Assembly: GCA_963924565.1 (NCBI GenBank)
Contig: OZ004610.1
Span: 4,712,001-4,776,000 of the forward strand
Length of the DNA: 64,000 nt
Direction: 5' to 3'
Source: Ascidiella aspersa
Lineage: Eukaryota
The notes beneath the pieces were generated by a model. That model worked only from the letters and a program-made list of their open reading frames with translations, had not been told where the DNA came from and ran no database searches. This document shows, piece after piece, positions 24,001-36,000 of the stretch (positions are counted from its first letter, which is position 1; every line of letters begins with the position of its first letter). Both the position numbers and the translations under genes were made by a program.

Positions 24001-27000
24001 TTGCATTAAGGTAATTTGTAGCTTAATACTTATAAAAGTGCCTTTGAACGGTTCATTTTCTTCTATTTTTCTTAGTAAAGTTTTTTGTTTTAGTAAAGTT
24101 ATGACGTAATTTGGTATTGGATCGGATGTCGATACTTTCTGCCATAAATATCGGGTATCAGTATCAGAATAACATGTCAATTACCGAACATCCCTGGTAT
24201 GGGACATTGATTGACAGCAACATCACATTTTTCCTCATAATGGTTTCTTAGCATCGGAAAAATTCTAGTGGTTGCCAATTTAAAAAAAAAAACTTTGTGG
24301 CGTCATATTTAGAAAAAAATCTTTGCCACCTCCCGAACAAATATCCTGAATTCGCCCCTTTTTAGGATAAAACGAAAATTATCGGACATCAGTAACTAGA
24401 ATGGTACAGCACTCCCATTCGCCGTTGATTGACAGCTACAATTGGTTTCGTCACATTTTTTCCTTTGCAATTGTTGCCAAGCGTAGGTCTAAGTGAAGTG
24501 GTCAGCGATACAAAACCCGGCTGTAGCTGTGGACCGTGGCTCAGTTAAAAGCCCGCGTTGAGCTGACGACAACAGTCGCCTGTGGTAAAAGGTTGGTGTT
24601 GTGAAGGTCCTTTTACGTTCAATAGCGTGTCGTGCTTGCAGCTCCAGGCTTGCGTGAAGGCAGCTGTGAAGTGGAAAGTGGTTTTTGTTTATGTTTGGTC
24701 GGACAACACCCTGCGATACAAAGTAGAAGCGAAACTCGTATCTAGAAACCTAATTTTTAGCCAGTTTTTGTGTCCGTTTTTTGCTGTAGATTTTTGCGTG
24801 GTCAGTAAAAAAAACGACATGGTCATTGCAAGCCATAGAGAAGCTCGTAGCAAACTATACGATTTTAGTACGGTATTTTTGTTAAATTTTGGCGTCCGTT
24901 TTTTGAAGTTATGTCGTGCATGTTTGGTGTGGCCAGTAGGCGGTGCAATATGAACGATACAGGGTCTTTGTTTGGACCACTTTTTATCTTTTTCATATCA
25001 TTACCATGATTGGAAGTTTATGGATTTCAATTTTTTAAATTAAAACGTTTTGATACGTAGACAATCAATGAATAAACAACACTGGGCCTGAAAACTTTTT
25101 ATTTAGATTAATATTTAAGATTGAAGGTCTTATACTACTTTGCTTTTTGGAGTTTAAGTATAATAATAACATCATTGTATAAAAAAACTTAAATTTTAAA
25201 TTACCAACTGGTTAAGTAACACTGGTTTAGAGCAATTTCGCCAACTTAAGTCTTGACAAAATCAATATTTTAAACGCGAGGTACAAAGTCTGTTGTAGGG
25301 CGATAATCTAATTATTACACCCCTAGTATGTGTTAGTTTTTTGCTTCCTAGTTATCGTAACGATTTTTCGCTAAAACGCGCTTCGGACTATTTGTATGCC
25401 CGATTAAAGAGCAGTCGGTTTCCAAAAAAGCAAGACATCTGCCTTTCATGTTTAGCTGTGTAAACCAGTCAAGGATTCTAAACAAGAAAAGTTTAAAATA
25501 TTGTTTTCATGATGGCGAACATATAGCCACTACAAAGCCCACATCTCTTGTTTCAATTGGCCTTTGTATCTTTCATCGGACAAGTTTCACTACCTCTTTA
25601 TAAGCAATAACCCTTGTAATTTGACTCTGGCAGCTGACAAATTCCCCGAAACCGTTCTGGGATAAGAAATGCAGGTCGATTTTTTTAAGCTGCTTTAAAA
25701 CTGACTAAGTGCCGTAAAAACAGACAAAAACCTAAGAGGAAAAAAGGTGCCGTGTTTTTAAAACAGCCATCTGGCCTATAAGGTACAGCGATAATAAATT
25801 GATTTTTTTCAGTCCTGTTTGGGACGCGTTTAGGCACTTTTATCTACTGTATGTTGGGCAACATTGTTTAGCTATCCTGAAAGCTTCAGAGCCATGCTTT
25901 AAGTTAATTTGAAAGCTAAAATAAATTTTTTCAGACCAGTTGTATATAGTTTTTTTTTTGGAAAGCGAAAAACGTAAGAAGTTCAAACTAATAAATGATA
26001 ATTTAATTAGTATGAGCCATGTCTTCGTATCGCAATTTTGAGAAAACTTTAGAGAAATCTCGCTGAGAATTAATCTCAATAAATCTAACCAAACTCAAAA
26101 TGCTACGAAGGGCCCAATGATGGAAGCAACTTGACGTTGGCCGCATACTAACATTGATGAAACCAATATAATGTTTAAGCAACGCGCTATATTTTTACGT
26201 GGTTAAAGTAATTAAGATAGTTTCTAAAAGTTTGCAGAAGCAATGCAAAGCATCCGCGCATTTTGTACCTAAAATATGGTCGGTTTTATCCTTAACGCAG
26301 AACACCCGTCTACCTCTTTATGTATTCCCAATTGTAAAGGGCATTGCTTCTTTTTAGACTATATAGTCTATATTACCTTAAAACACATCAATAATAAAAA
26401 TTATATAAGGAATCTTTAAAATTCGTCGTAAAAATAAGCGCAACCAGAAGGGAGTTTTGTACAAGGCTTTAGCCTGTTGAGGAACTTAATAAGGCAAAGC
26501 AGAAGAAATAACAACCTTCGTGTCTCCCTTAAACAAACAGCTTTGTTTGTGTCGGTTTATGGTTATTGTCGCGAGCTGGCTTTGTGTTTCGTGAAACTAT
26601 TTAAAAGTTTCGCCACTTGAAAAACAGCCGGGCAATTTTATTTCACCGCGCTTTTTGTGTGAGTTTTGCACAGCTTTCGTTTTGTTTGGGTCTTGACCTT
26701 GTGAGGTAGTAGCTACACTCATGTTTGGGATTTTGGACATAAATTGCGCAAATAACTTGGAGTATAATTATTTGTAGAATATACATCAGAGCCCATACAG
26801 AAATAGGAAGCATTTTCAGAACAATTCGACTAATTCTTAAGATAGTGGCTGGAGGTTGTAGTTAGACGTACGATGAATATCAAAGCTCATACGGAAGTAG
26901 TATAAGCATTTTGTGAACGCTTGTGATATATCTTTATTCGTTTTCAACCGGTGGTGTAATATTGTTTAAAAGTTCTTCGCCAACCAAATCCACAGTCAAG

Positions 27001-30000
27001 ATCTTTGCAAAGGTTTTTTTTTAGCAATATGGTTAGAATAATAGAGTAACATTCTGCGCAACAATGTTCGGAAAGCTTTGGCCAGCCAGATTTTGAGCTG
27101 CGATGTTTCCATAGTTTTTGCCAGGTTTTCGTCTTGTTGTAATTCTACCTTTGGGAATCTGGACAGCATCTCAATCTCAGAATAAACTAAGCCAGTTGCC
27201 GACAAGCTGTTGGCCTTTCAGGAATTTTTGGTGGGCCGGCAGCTATTTATTATTATTAGAGTTTTGTTATGTAGTTTTGGGCCGCGTCTTCTGTCGCGAT
27301 TGTTTATTTCTGCAGAAAATTGCTGTTGCCTTAGCCGGGATTCGAACCCAGAACCTAAGGTTTTCCGGTCTCGCAGAATTACAAGAAAAGCGCTTTTTGC
27401 ATTGTCTACTGCAGAAAATTAACATTACCTTAGCTGGGGTTCGAACCCCGGACCTAAGAACTGCCGGCCTTGCAAAAAAAAAACGAGAAAGGCGATTTCC
27501 GCATTTTCTTTTGCAGAAAACTGCTATTGCCCTCCGGGATTCGAACCATGAACCTAAGGATTACCAGCCTTGCAGAACTACGACAAAAGCGCTTTTCGAG
27601 TTGGCTTTTGCAGAAAATTGCTATTGCCTTAGCCAATAGCCAGGACTCGAACCCAGAACCTGATGATTACCAAATTTCAGGAAATTGCTAAGGCATAACC
27701 AGTATTTTTGCAGTTGTTAGTTGCTGCGTAAGCCCATTCGGGTAAATTGATCGTATACTGGAAAAATTGCGTGAAATCTGTTCGTGACTAAAAAAACGAG
27801 TTTAGGCCTTCAAACGTTTCATCTCAATTTGGCGAGCTTTCGATGAATTTCAAATTTCGGATAAGATCTTCGCGCGCTCTTTTATGACGTCAACAATAGA
27901 GATAGGATCTAGAGTCGTATCGCGAATCCCTAAATTTCGCCAGGTGCGATTGAAACTTCCGTATTTTTGCCGTTACGTCAGAAATTGAAATCGCACAAAA
28001 GCATATAGCCTGGAGCAGGGTCACTGAACGTTTTACATCAAGGATCGGATGAAAAGACTGGAGATCGCGGGTCAGATGTAACATTTTGTGTCGAACTTGA
28101 TTTAAACTGATGATTTGCAAACGAAAGAAACAAAATGTATTGTGACTAGGGGCAAAGCCAGACTGGGCAGTAGGCCCCCCACTTGAATTATATTTTTTTC
28201 CAACTTTGCACGAACTTGACTTATAAACTCTTTCTGCCAAAATATTTTAGAAATGCTCTTATTTGGCCTGCGGCAATTTCCTGGAATTAAATAAATTACA
28301 GAAAATTAAATGGTTTCGGACGCAATTTCAAACTAAATTTTGATAAAATTTTCACCGAACGGTAGCTCATTCAAGCCACTACAGTTTTGAAACTATATCT
28401 TTTGCCAAATTCGCGCGAACTTACCTATTTTTTTGGTAAGTTTTTAACAGTGTTAAAGACGCCATACATACTGTGGCATGTTGCGCCGTGTGAACTCAAA
28501 AACTCTACAAAGTGCATTTTCTGCCCAATGATTTTATAAATGCCCCTATCTTGAAAGTCTTTCAAAGTAAAACGCAAATTTAATTCGTCCCTGATCCGAA
28601 AAAAACGTTACTTGCAACGGCGCCGCATTGACGTTTATCGCTTAATAGCAACGTCGAACGTAGCGACATCGCGCATTCCTATTTTCGTCCAACCGTTAGA
28701 ACTTAGCTCAGTACTGCTTCTAAATGAGAAGTAGGCAGGCGTGCCAGACAGTGGTGAAGGTCCCAAGAGGTTTCGACGCAAAACGGCAACACAATTAGTG
28801 CCTGAGGTGACAGTGGTAAAGGTGCACAGGCATTTGAACGCAGTATTAAATTGTGAAGGATTTTAAGAAGTTAAATCGGTAAGGTTGATAGATTAGATGA
28901 ATCAGGGAGGTGAGATTAGTGGGAAAAGTAGGATGAAAGAATCTTTGCAAGGATGCCGTGTCGTTAACCAGGTTTCTTTTTAAGGTTTGGTTTGGGTGAC
29001 CGCTAAGTAGTTTTAAGAGACCGCAAGTGTTTCATTTAAATACCAAAAGGTTGCAAGTCCAAAATTTGGGAAACCGCTGGAGAAATTTGGGGGACCGTTT
29101 CGGTCCCCCAAAACACCTTAAAAAAAACACTATCGTTAACAAAATGTTAAAAAAACGTTATTTTTAACCGGATCATGTCCGTGTTTTACCCGGCTGTAGC
29201 GACTCTGTACCTCTGTCTAGCGGTAACTTTATCTGTCCAACGACACCACTGTGGTATTCTATATATCGCCTTCATTTTGTGTCAGCTTATAATATGCTCT
29301 GTGTCTACTGTCTTCGAGAGAGACCAGGTCTGTCTCTCGCTAAGGCCAGAGAACCACCTTCTGGTCTCCCTTGCTTCCCCTCTACTCAACCTTCTTTGGT
29401 GGATAAACTATACAAGCTAACACCACACCTAGAGTAGTGGGCATTATACACCTTATGATATGCCTTACAAAGCTATCCCACCATCCCTTTCAAAATATTT
29501 ATACCAAAATTCCAGTTTCATATTGTGCACTACTTAGAAAGGTAACTTTGGATTTCCTTATGTTACTTCTTTGAGACGTCTCGTCATGACGTTTTTTGTG
29601 ACGTCGTCTCTTAAAATTCTCATGCGTTTTGGTGAGAAAGTTATTCTGGTTTACCCCTGAATCGGGTGAGATAAAATGAAAACTATTTAAAGCGTTAAAT
29701 CTAAAACTATGAAAAAATACAAATCAGGTACAGCTGAACCGCTCAGATTTTAATGCTTTGAATTACCCTTTTGCGCCTTTTACTTTCAGCAAAAGCGCCC
29801 TATAGTGACAAGTATTTAAGGAACGCGGAAGCATGAACATAATTCCAATTTTTCTGGTTTGAACAGATCGCAGTCTTGTCAGACCTCCTTTATAGCCATG
29901 GTTAAGTTCTTAAATAAAAAGCTTGGTCAGCCAACTGGCCTCCTTTATCAGAAAAGTAGCTACAAACGTTTGAGGAATGCTTTGCGTGTTTGTTTAAGGT

Positions 30001-33000
30001 TGTCTACGTCGTATTCTAATCACTTGATGATATCTCCTTTGAGTGGCCTTTACTGTGTGCACCGCGGTTCATAATCAGTTTTTATATCTCATCATTATCT
30101 CATCATATGCTTATCAATTTCTGGCGATGAGTTAATATTGAGCGCTTCAATACGATTTAAACCAGGAGTCCAGGACTGGTGGTAAATTGTTCTCATGTGT
30201 GGTTTGAAACTTTATTGGTGTTAAATTTGTTTATAAAAAAGTGTATGTGAAATATTTCTGAAATATGCTAATTAGGGATGTTTAAAGTAGAATCCCAGGG
30301 GATTTTATAACTTTAGGTTTTGAAACTAGATTAACGAACCCCGAATATTGAACCCTAGTGTATTTTTGTTAAATTATATAACCTTCATTTTCTTTGGGGT
30401 GTACAGTCACAGCAATCAATCGCAAAACTATTTGCTAACATGTCTATATTGTAATAAAAAAAAATCCTAAATGTTTAACGTTCTTAATAGCCATTGGAAG
30501 CAGTTTTGTAAACTATAATATAATACATGTCCAGGTTATTGCCAATGTAGTGAGTACAATGCAACACTACACAATGGACTCTTCAGCAATTCGGTCCTGT
30601 TTTTGAAAACATTGTTGTGTTTCAGTTCTCCTTGACTAATGTGATCTGTTATGCAGTCAAATAATGTACTGCAAAGAATACGACGTTACTACTGCAAGTA
30701 GTACATAACCAGTACTTGACAATTACGGTGTGAATAACCTCGCTGAACGTTGGCTCAAAGTTTACCCACAGAAACGGTGTTCAACCTTCAAGGCCGTCTG
30801 TGAATAATTATGCGACCGTAAACACGTATTTTAATGAGCATATGTTGGCTACCGTGCCCATGCTGGCATGCGTTAATGTTTGATATGTTAAATGCAGATT
30901 AGAATTATTTTCGACTTTAGGGAGTGCAATTAAATCAGTGAGCTAAGCTCTGTCGCTACAATCTCAGTGAACAGATTTTTTATGTGCGCTAAAATAAGTT
31001 GATTTCATTGATTGATTGATGCAGAAGAGAAATAAGTGTAGAACATATGTAACAATCTGAATGGTGATGTCACATAAAGATAAAATATGTATGTTATAGC
31101 ATGATGCGCCGCGTTAGTAACAAAATCTATAAAGTCCAATTTCTGTTAAATTAGAGTATAAATTCCCAGTATACGATTCTTTTTATTTCGCGTTTTTATT
31201 GTGCTTCGCCCGATTATACGCGATTGCATTTGAATATTTTAGCACGAGTTCGTTGGAGAACGAAATGTATTTTTAGGATAAATTATTTTATTCCTAAACT
31301 GTTCTGACGGCATTGTAAACTTTCTGACGTCATCCTAAAAAAATTACCTGGCGGCCTTGATAAAAGCAAAGGCTGTCAATGCGGCCGTCAACAGCTAAAA
31401 GGTTGGGCCCCTGGCTAGAGTAACTCTTTAGCGCATTTTATTGAAGGCCAGCACGTGTTAGGAGGGAATGTTATTTTCGTAACTTTGCTCATTCCAGGAA
31501 ATTACAAACTCTGCACCTGGCATTACACGTTGGTCGCTCGCCCAGTAACGCTTGATTGACATTCATTAGGCGAAGGTTATCGCGAGACGCGAAGTACAGT
31601 AATTGATCGCCCGAAAAATCGCTGACTGCCAGGCTACATTTAAAGCATGCAGTATAAATGTTTTGCCACAGCCACAGGCCTTAATCCAAACTTGCCACTC
31701 GCGTACGCACAATTAGGCGCAACTCTCTGCGATAAAACGAAGAAAATATATCGGTTTCAATCACCCGATATATATGGCAAAATTGGATAAGAATCCCATT
31801 TAGATTCGAATCCAAGGATACGATATTCTACTTTGAACATCCCTAAATTGCTAACCAAAACATATAGAATGACGTCTTGCATAATAAGCTCTAAATGTTG
31901 GCTGTGTTTTTTGAAAATATTTTTGCCGCAACCAGCACAATGGCTAAAAATATTTTGTTTTGCTTTCCAAAACTTCAAGTTATTCGCAAAAAACACACAT
32001 TTTAAACATAGCCGTATTTTTCTAATTCTATATTTTAACTTTAACCTGATGAAGTACGGTTGTGTGACAGTTTGTCAAGAATTTAATACAATTTGTCGAT
32101 AAACAGTTCCACCTGATTTGTAAAAAAATGTGTTTGTTTATATTTTTATATTATAGCAACATCAAATTTAAGAGATATTTTAGGAGATATTTATTTTTCT
32201 GATTTGTATGGTTGCTTAAGACTGTGTTTGAGTGAAATTGGCGACATAATATATGATAATCACAACAATAGCAAATATAGTTGGCTTTATGAGGGAGACT
32301 GTAGATTGATTCAGATGTTTAAAAAAATGATTGATGTTACTGAAATAAAAGTATACTTCGCACTTGTTCACAAGGTTAACGGTTAAAAAATTGACTTAAT
32401 TTCAAAGAAGTAGTCGTAAAAAATGCAAAAAAAAACACCCGAAAAACATTTCACAACATTTCTAACAACACCAAACGCATTCCAAAAAAACCCGACATCT
32501 ACTTTTTAAAGTGGTTACGTAAGGAACAATTAAACCGCCTTTCCTGGGCTAAGCGCAAGTGTCACGCACCAAGGCTTCGTAATGGCTTCGTTCGACGCGA
32601 AAATCGACCTCATCCGCATAAAAAGGCGTCGACAGAGGACTAACACACCGCGGCCCTTTTGCGATCAATCTCACATTCCTTCTATTTTGGCGGCGCGAAA
32701 TTTTGAACGCGTCTCATTTGTGAAAAAAAGGTGCAAAGCAGCCTATTTAAAATCTTGAAGTTAACTTTGCAGTTGAAATAGGAAAAAGGGCTACAGACCT
32801 AGGAAATATGGTATTTATTTTTAGGTGAGCCTAGTTAATTCAGGAATACTGAACCTGTTTACCTTATAACTTTTTTTCTAAAGTTATATATACAAAAAGT
32901 ATGTAAGCTGTTCGAAATAAACTGTTTGCAAAAAAAAATACGAAAATATCCGGTCATCTTTCTACTAAACCGTAAAAACGGTAGATTTGGTAGCTTGCTT

Positions 33001-36000
33001 TAGAAGTGGACAAAGAGGCCAATTAGCAGTTTGTAAACCAGTCATTTTGAACGACTTTAAGTCTAAGTCAAATCATTTGTTAAACAAATTGAAAAACAGT
33101 CCCACTTGGGACATTTTTAGAGCTAGTCAACTGCAGCATGTATTAAGCCTAATCGTTCAGTATAAACTTTATCTATTTACAAAATTAAAACAACTAGATC
33201 AATTTTATAATAGAATGTAAAATAAAAACACTTAAATCACCTCAAGTCGTTTGACTTGATGACTTAAGTCAAAGTCAAGTAATTTCTCCAAAAGACTTAA
33301 ATCAAGTTAAAAAGACTTAAGTCAAGTCAGAACATTTGTCCAAAATACTTAAATCAGGTTAAGCAAATTTGTCCAAAAGACAAGTCATTAGACAAACAGT
33401 GACATTAGAAAACAGTGACTTATGTGCACCCAAGTAAAGTCATTGGCCTAAGTCTTTCAACACTGCCAATTAGGCTGGCCTGTTGTGATTTTACCCAACG
33501 AAGAAATTGTTGTTGTTTACCGCCAAGCATTCCACAGCATTGAGGCCCTTGGTGCGGAAAACAACCGAGAATAGAAAGCTTTTAGGCGAGGTTTTGCATC
33601 AAGTTATTAGAGGTTCATTTGGAAACACTCGAAACTTAGCGATTTCCGTCTTAGACTTCGCCTAAGTGCTCGGAGGTCTAAAACTGAAGCACGCTCAGGT
33701 AGAAAACATAAATGGGTTGAATATGGTGTTTATTGGAGATCTAAAATCTGATAACTGTTTATTTGTTGCTACAATGCGAACACAGTAGCAAAGGATCAAC
33801 GAAGAACCACAAAATGGTTATCGAGTCAGTTGACCCTGAAGGTATAAGGAACTCAGGTTACAACAGAAAATAGGAAATAACAACGATAAAAGAGAAGATT
33901 AAAGCTAAAATACATAAGGAACGTTGTACATGCAAACTATGTTTGGCAAAAGAAACAAGATAATCACAAGGTAGGAAAACACGTACAGGCAATCAGACAG
34001 GCGAGTCAATTTTGATCGGCCAATAAAAAATGACTAAATTTCAACTACAGATCCGTAGTTCAACAAGTTCCACGATCCGATGCGATATCAAATGACGTAA
34101 TTTATTTGGCCAAAGGCTTATTTTTACTTTAAAAAGCTTTATAGAAAGCAAGCGGATAAAATTGTTTTTCGGGCCGTAGTCTGCCCAGCTCCAGCCTATA
34201 CACACACCTCTTAAAGTTATTTCGAAAATTTCAAATTACCTTGACATTAATCCACCTGTCAATCGCCCGACGCATTCTAATATTAGCGACCCGTCCCCTC
34301 CCCCAAATCGTTATACGCCCCTTGCCTTGATGACGTCACTACGGTTTTACCTGCAGCTAATATTAGGCTGTCGCAAGCACCCGGGGGATTTAAAAGGAGC
34401 ACCTTACCGCAGACAACTTGCTTCCAGGCGCTAATTGGAGCGAGAGGGAAGAGTTTGGCCAACATTTGAGGCCACTTCGAATTAGCTTTCGTAAAATAGC
34501 TCGAGCTAACTAATCAAACTACCATTTTTTTTAATTTCGCAACGTTCTTAAAATTTTGCTGCGCGTTTTACTTCTGGATCATTTTTCGGAATGACTTAAA
34601 TACATCCAAACCTCCCTTCTAAGCATTTTCAGGTGTCCTGTTTAGTACACCATACCTGCTAACATGTATTTGAATTAATTTTATTAGGGTTTTTGAATTG
34701 ATTTTATTAGGGCACACCAGTTGCGGAGCCCTAGCGAAGGCCACAATAACTCGTGCTTGTTACACATTTTTGTAAAATTTGGCCAATATTTGAGCGGAAA
34801 AGAGTGCTGCCTGCTGTGTGGCCGAATATAGCCATTGTGGCCACTCTCATTCTGATTGGGCTGCATTTCTATAAGAATTTGGTTAAAAGCCGCAATAAAC
34901 GTCCTTTAATATTGCACCTACTTGCCAATAACCTGACATTTCCGGCCGTCTTGGTTTAAAATTGGCCCGTGAACCCTCAAGGACTTGCGATGCGGGGAAA
35001 AAAAGGTTATAGACGACAAGAGACCCCTATTCACCTTTAGGAAGCCACCGCTCATATATAATGCATAGCAGAGCCACTTTTCTTAATGACCGAACGGTCC
35101 TCGTTCAAGCCAGAGCTGCTGTGAGCTGTCATGTAAAAAAGAGAAGGCGTTAGTTGCCAGCGTATTGCGAACCCTTGGAAAATTGTATTTTAAAAGCGCT
35201 GGGTTTGAGCTATTTTCTTTACCCTACCAAATTAACTTTCCAGTTCCTCTGGCCGCTGTTTTGGTTTTAAAATGACGTTTCGGCTTTACTCTGTGGTGTC
35301 TTCGCTTAAGCTACTACTGCCGTTTACTTTAATGATAAAAATACACTTTGAGCGTGAACGTCTAAAAAATTGTTTTTTAAACTTTGAATTTTGTTTTCGT
35401 TAATAGAACTGTCGTTTTGGTATTACTCGCCTTATGCAAGATAGGCATGGTATTAGAGCTATGTGAACATTTTGGGATTTTTAGTTTGAAATTTTAGATG
35501 TTTATTTTCTCATGTAAAAAAGCTCAGGATGTAAGTTTGGAACTATATAAAATTCTGTTTTTCAATTTTTGTTTTGTGTACAATAAAAATGCCGTTTCTA
35601 ATTTAGTCTTCTTGCATAAGCTACTGTTTATTTAAATGTCAAAAGGTTCGGATTTTAAGCGCTTAAATTACATTTAGTTTTTTAGGTTAAATAGGGTTTT
35701 AGCTGTTTTTTGTTTTGTTTATTAAAATGCCTTTTTTATACTCTTAACCACATCGTTGCTTTGAACTAAAGAGCAAAAAATAGTCTTCAAATGCTTTGAT
35801 GAACCTCTTTACGTTATATTAAAGTTTTAGCTGTTTGTTGCTTGTTAAATAAAAATGCCGTTTCGGCTTTACTCTGTGATTGGACGGATGTTAAGCTGCG
35901 GATCAAAGAATTCAAAGGTTTGAGTTGTTCCTACTTCGACTTTGGCTCTTATAAATCGCATGATTTTTTGCAAATACTTATGCTTGTTTGGAGTTTTTAA

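Noticed and set aside
24537-24572. tggctcagtt, resembling the miR-24 5' end or a tRNA A-box
   Set aside because: No pre-miRNA-length stem and no downstream B-box.
26702-26723. tgaggtagtag, identical to the first 11 nt of let-7
   Set aside because: The 3' half does not match let-7, there is no complementary star arm downstream, and it folds only into a tiny local hairpin.
27118-27691. 173-aa and overlapping ORFs
   Set aside because: These are translations of the tRNA-derived tandem repeat, with no protein family signal.
28107-28131. ctgatga...cgaaa hammerhead-like core
   Set aside because: Stem II has no loop or closing pair, and stems I and III cannot be formed.
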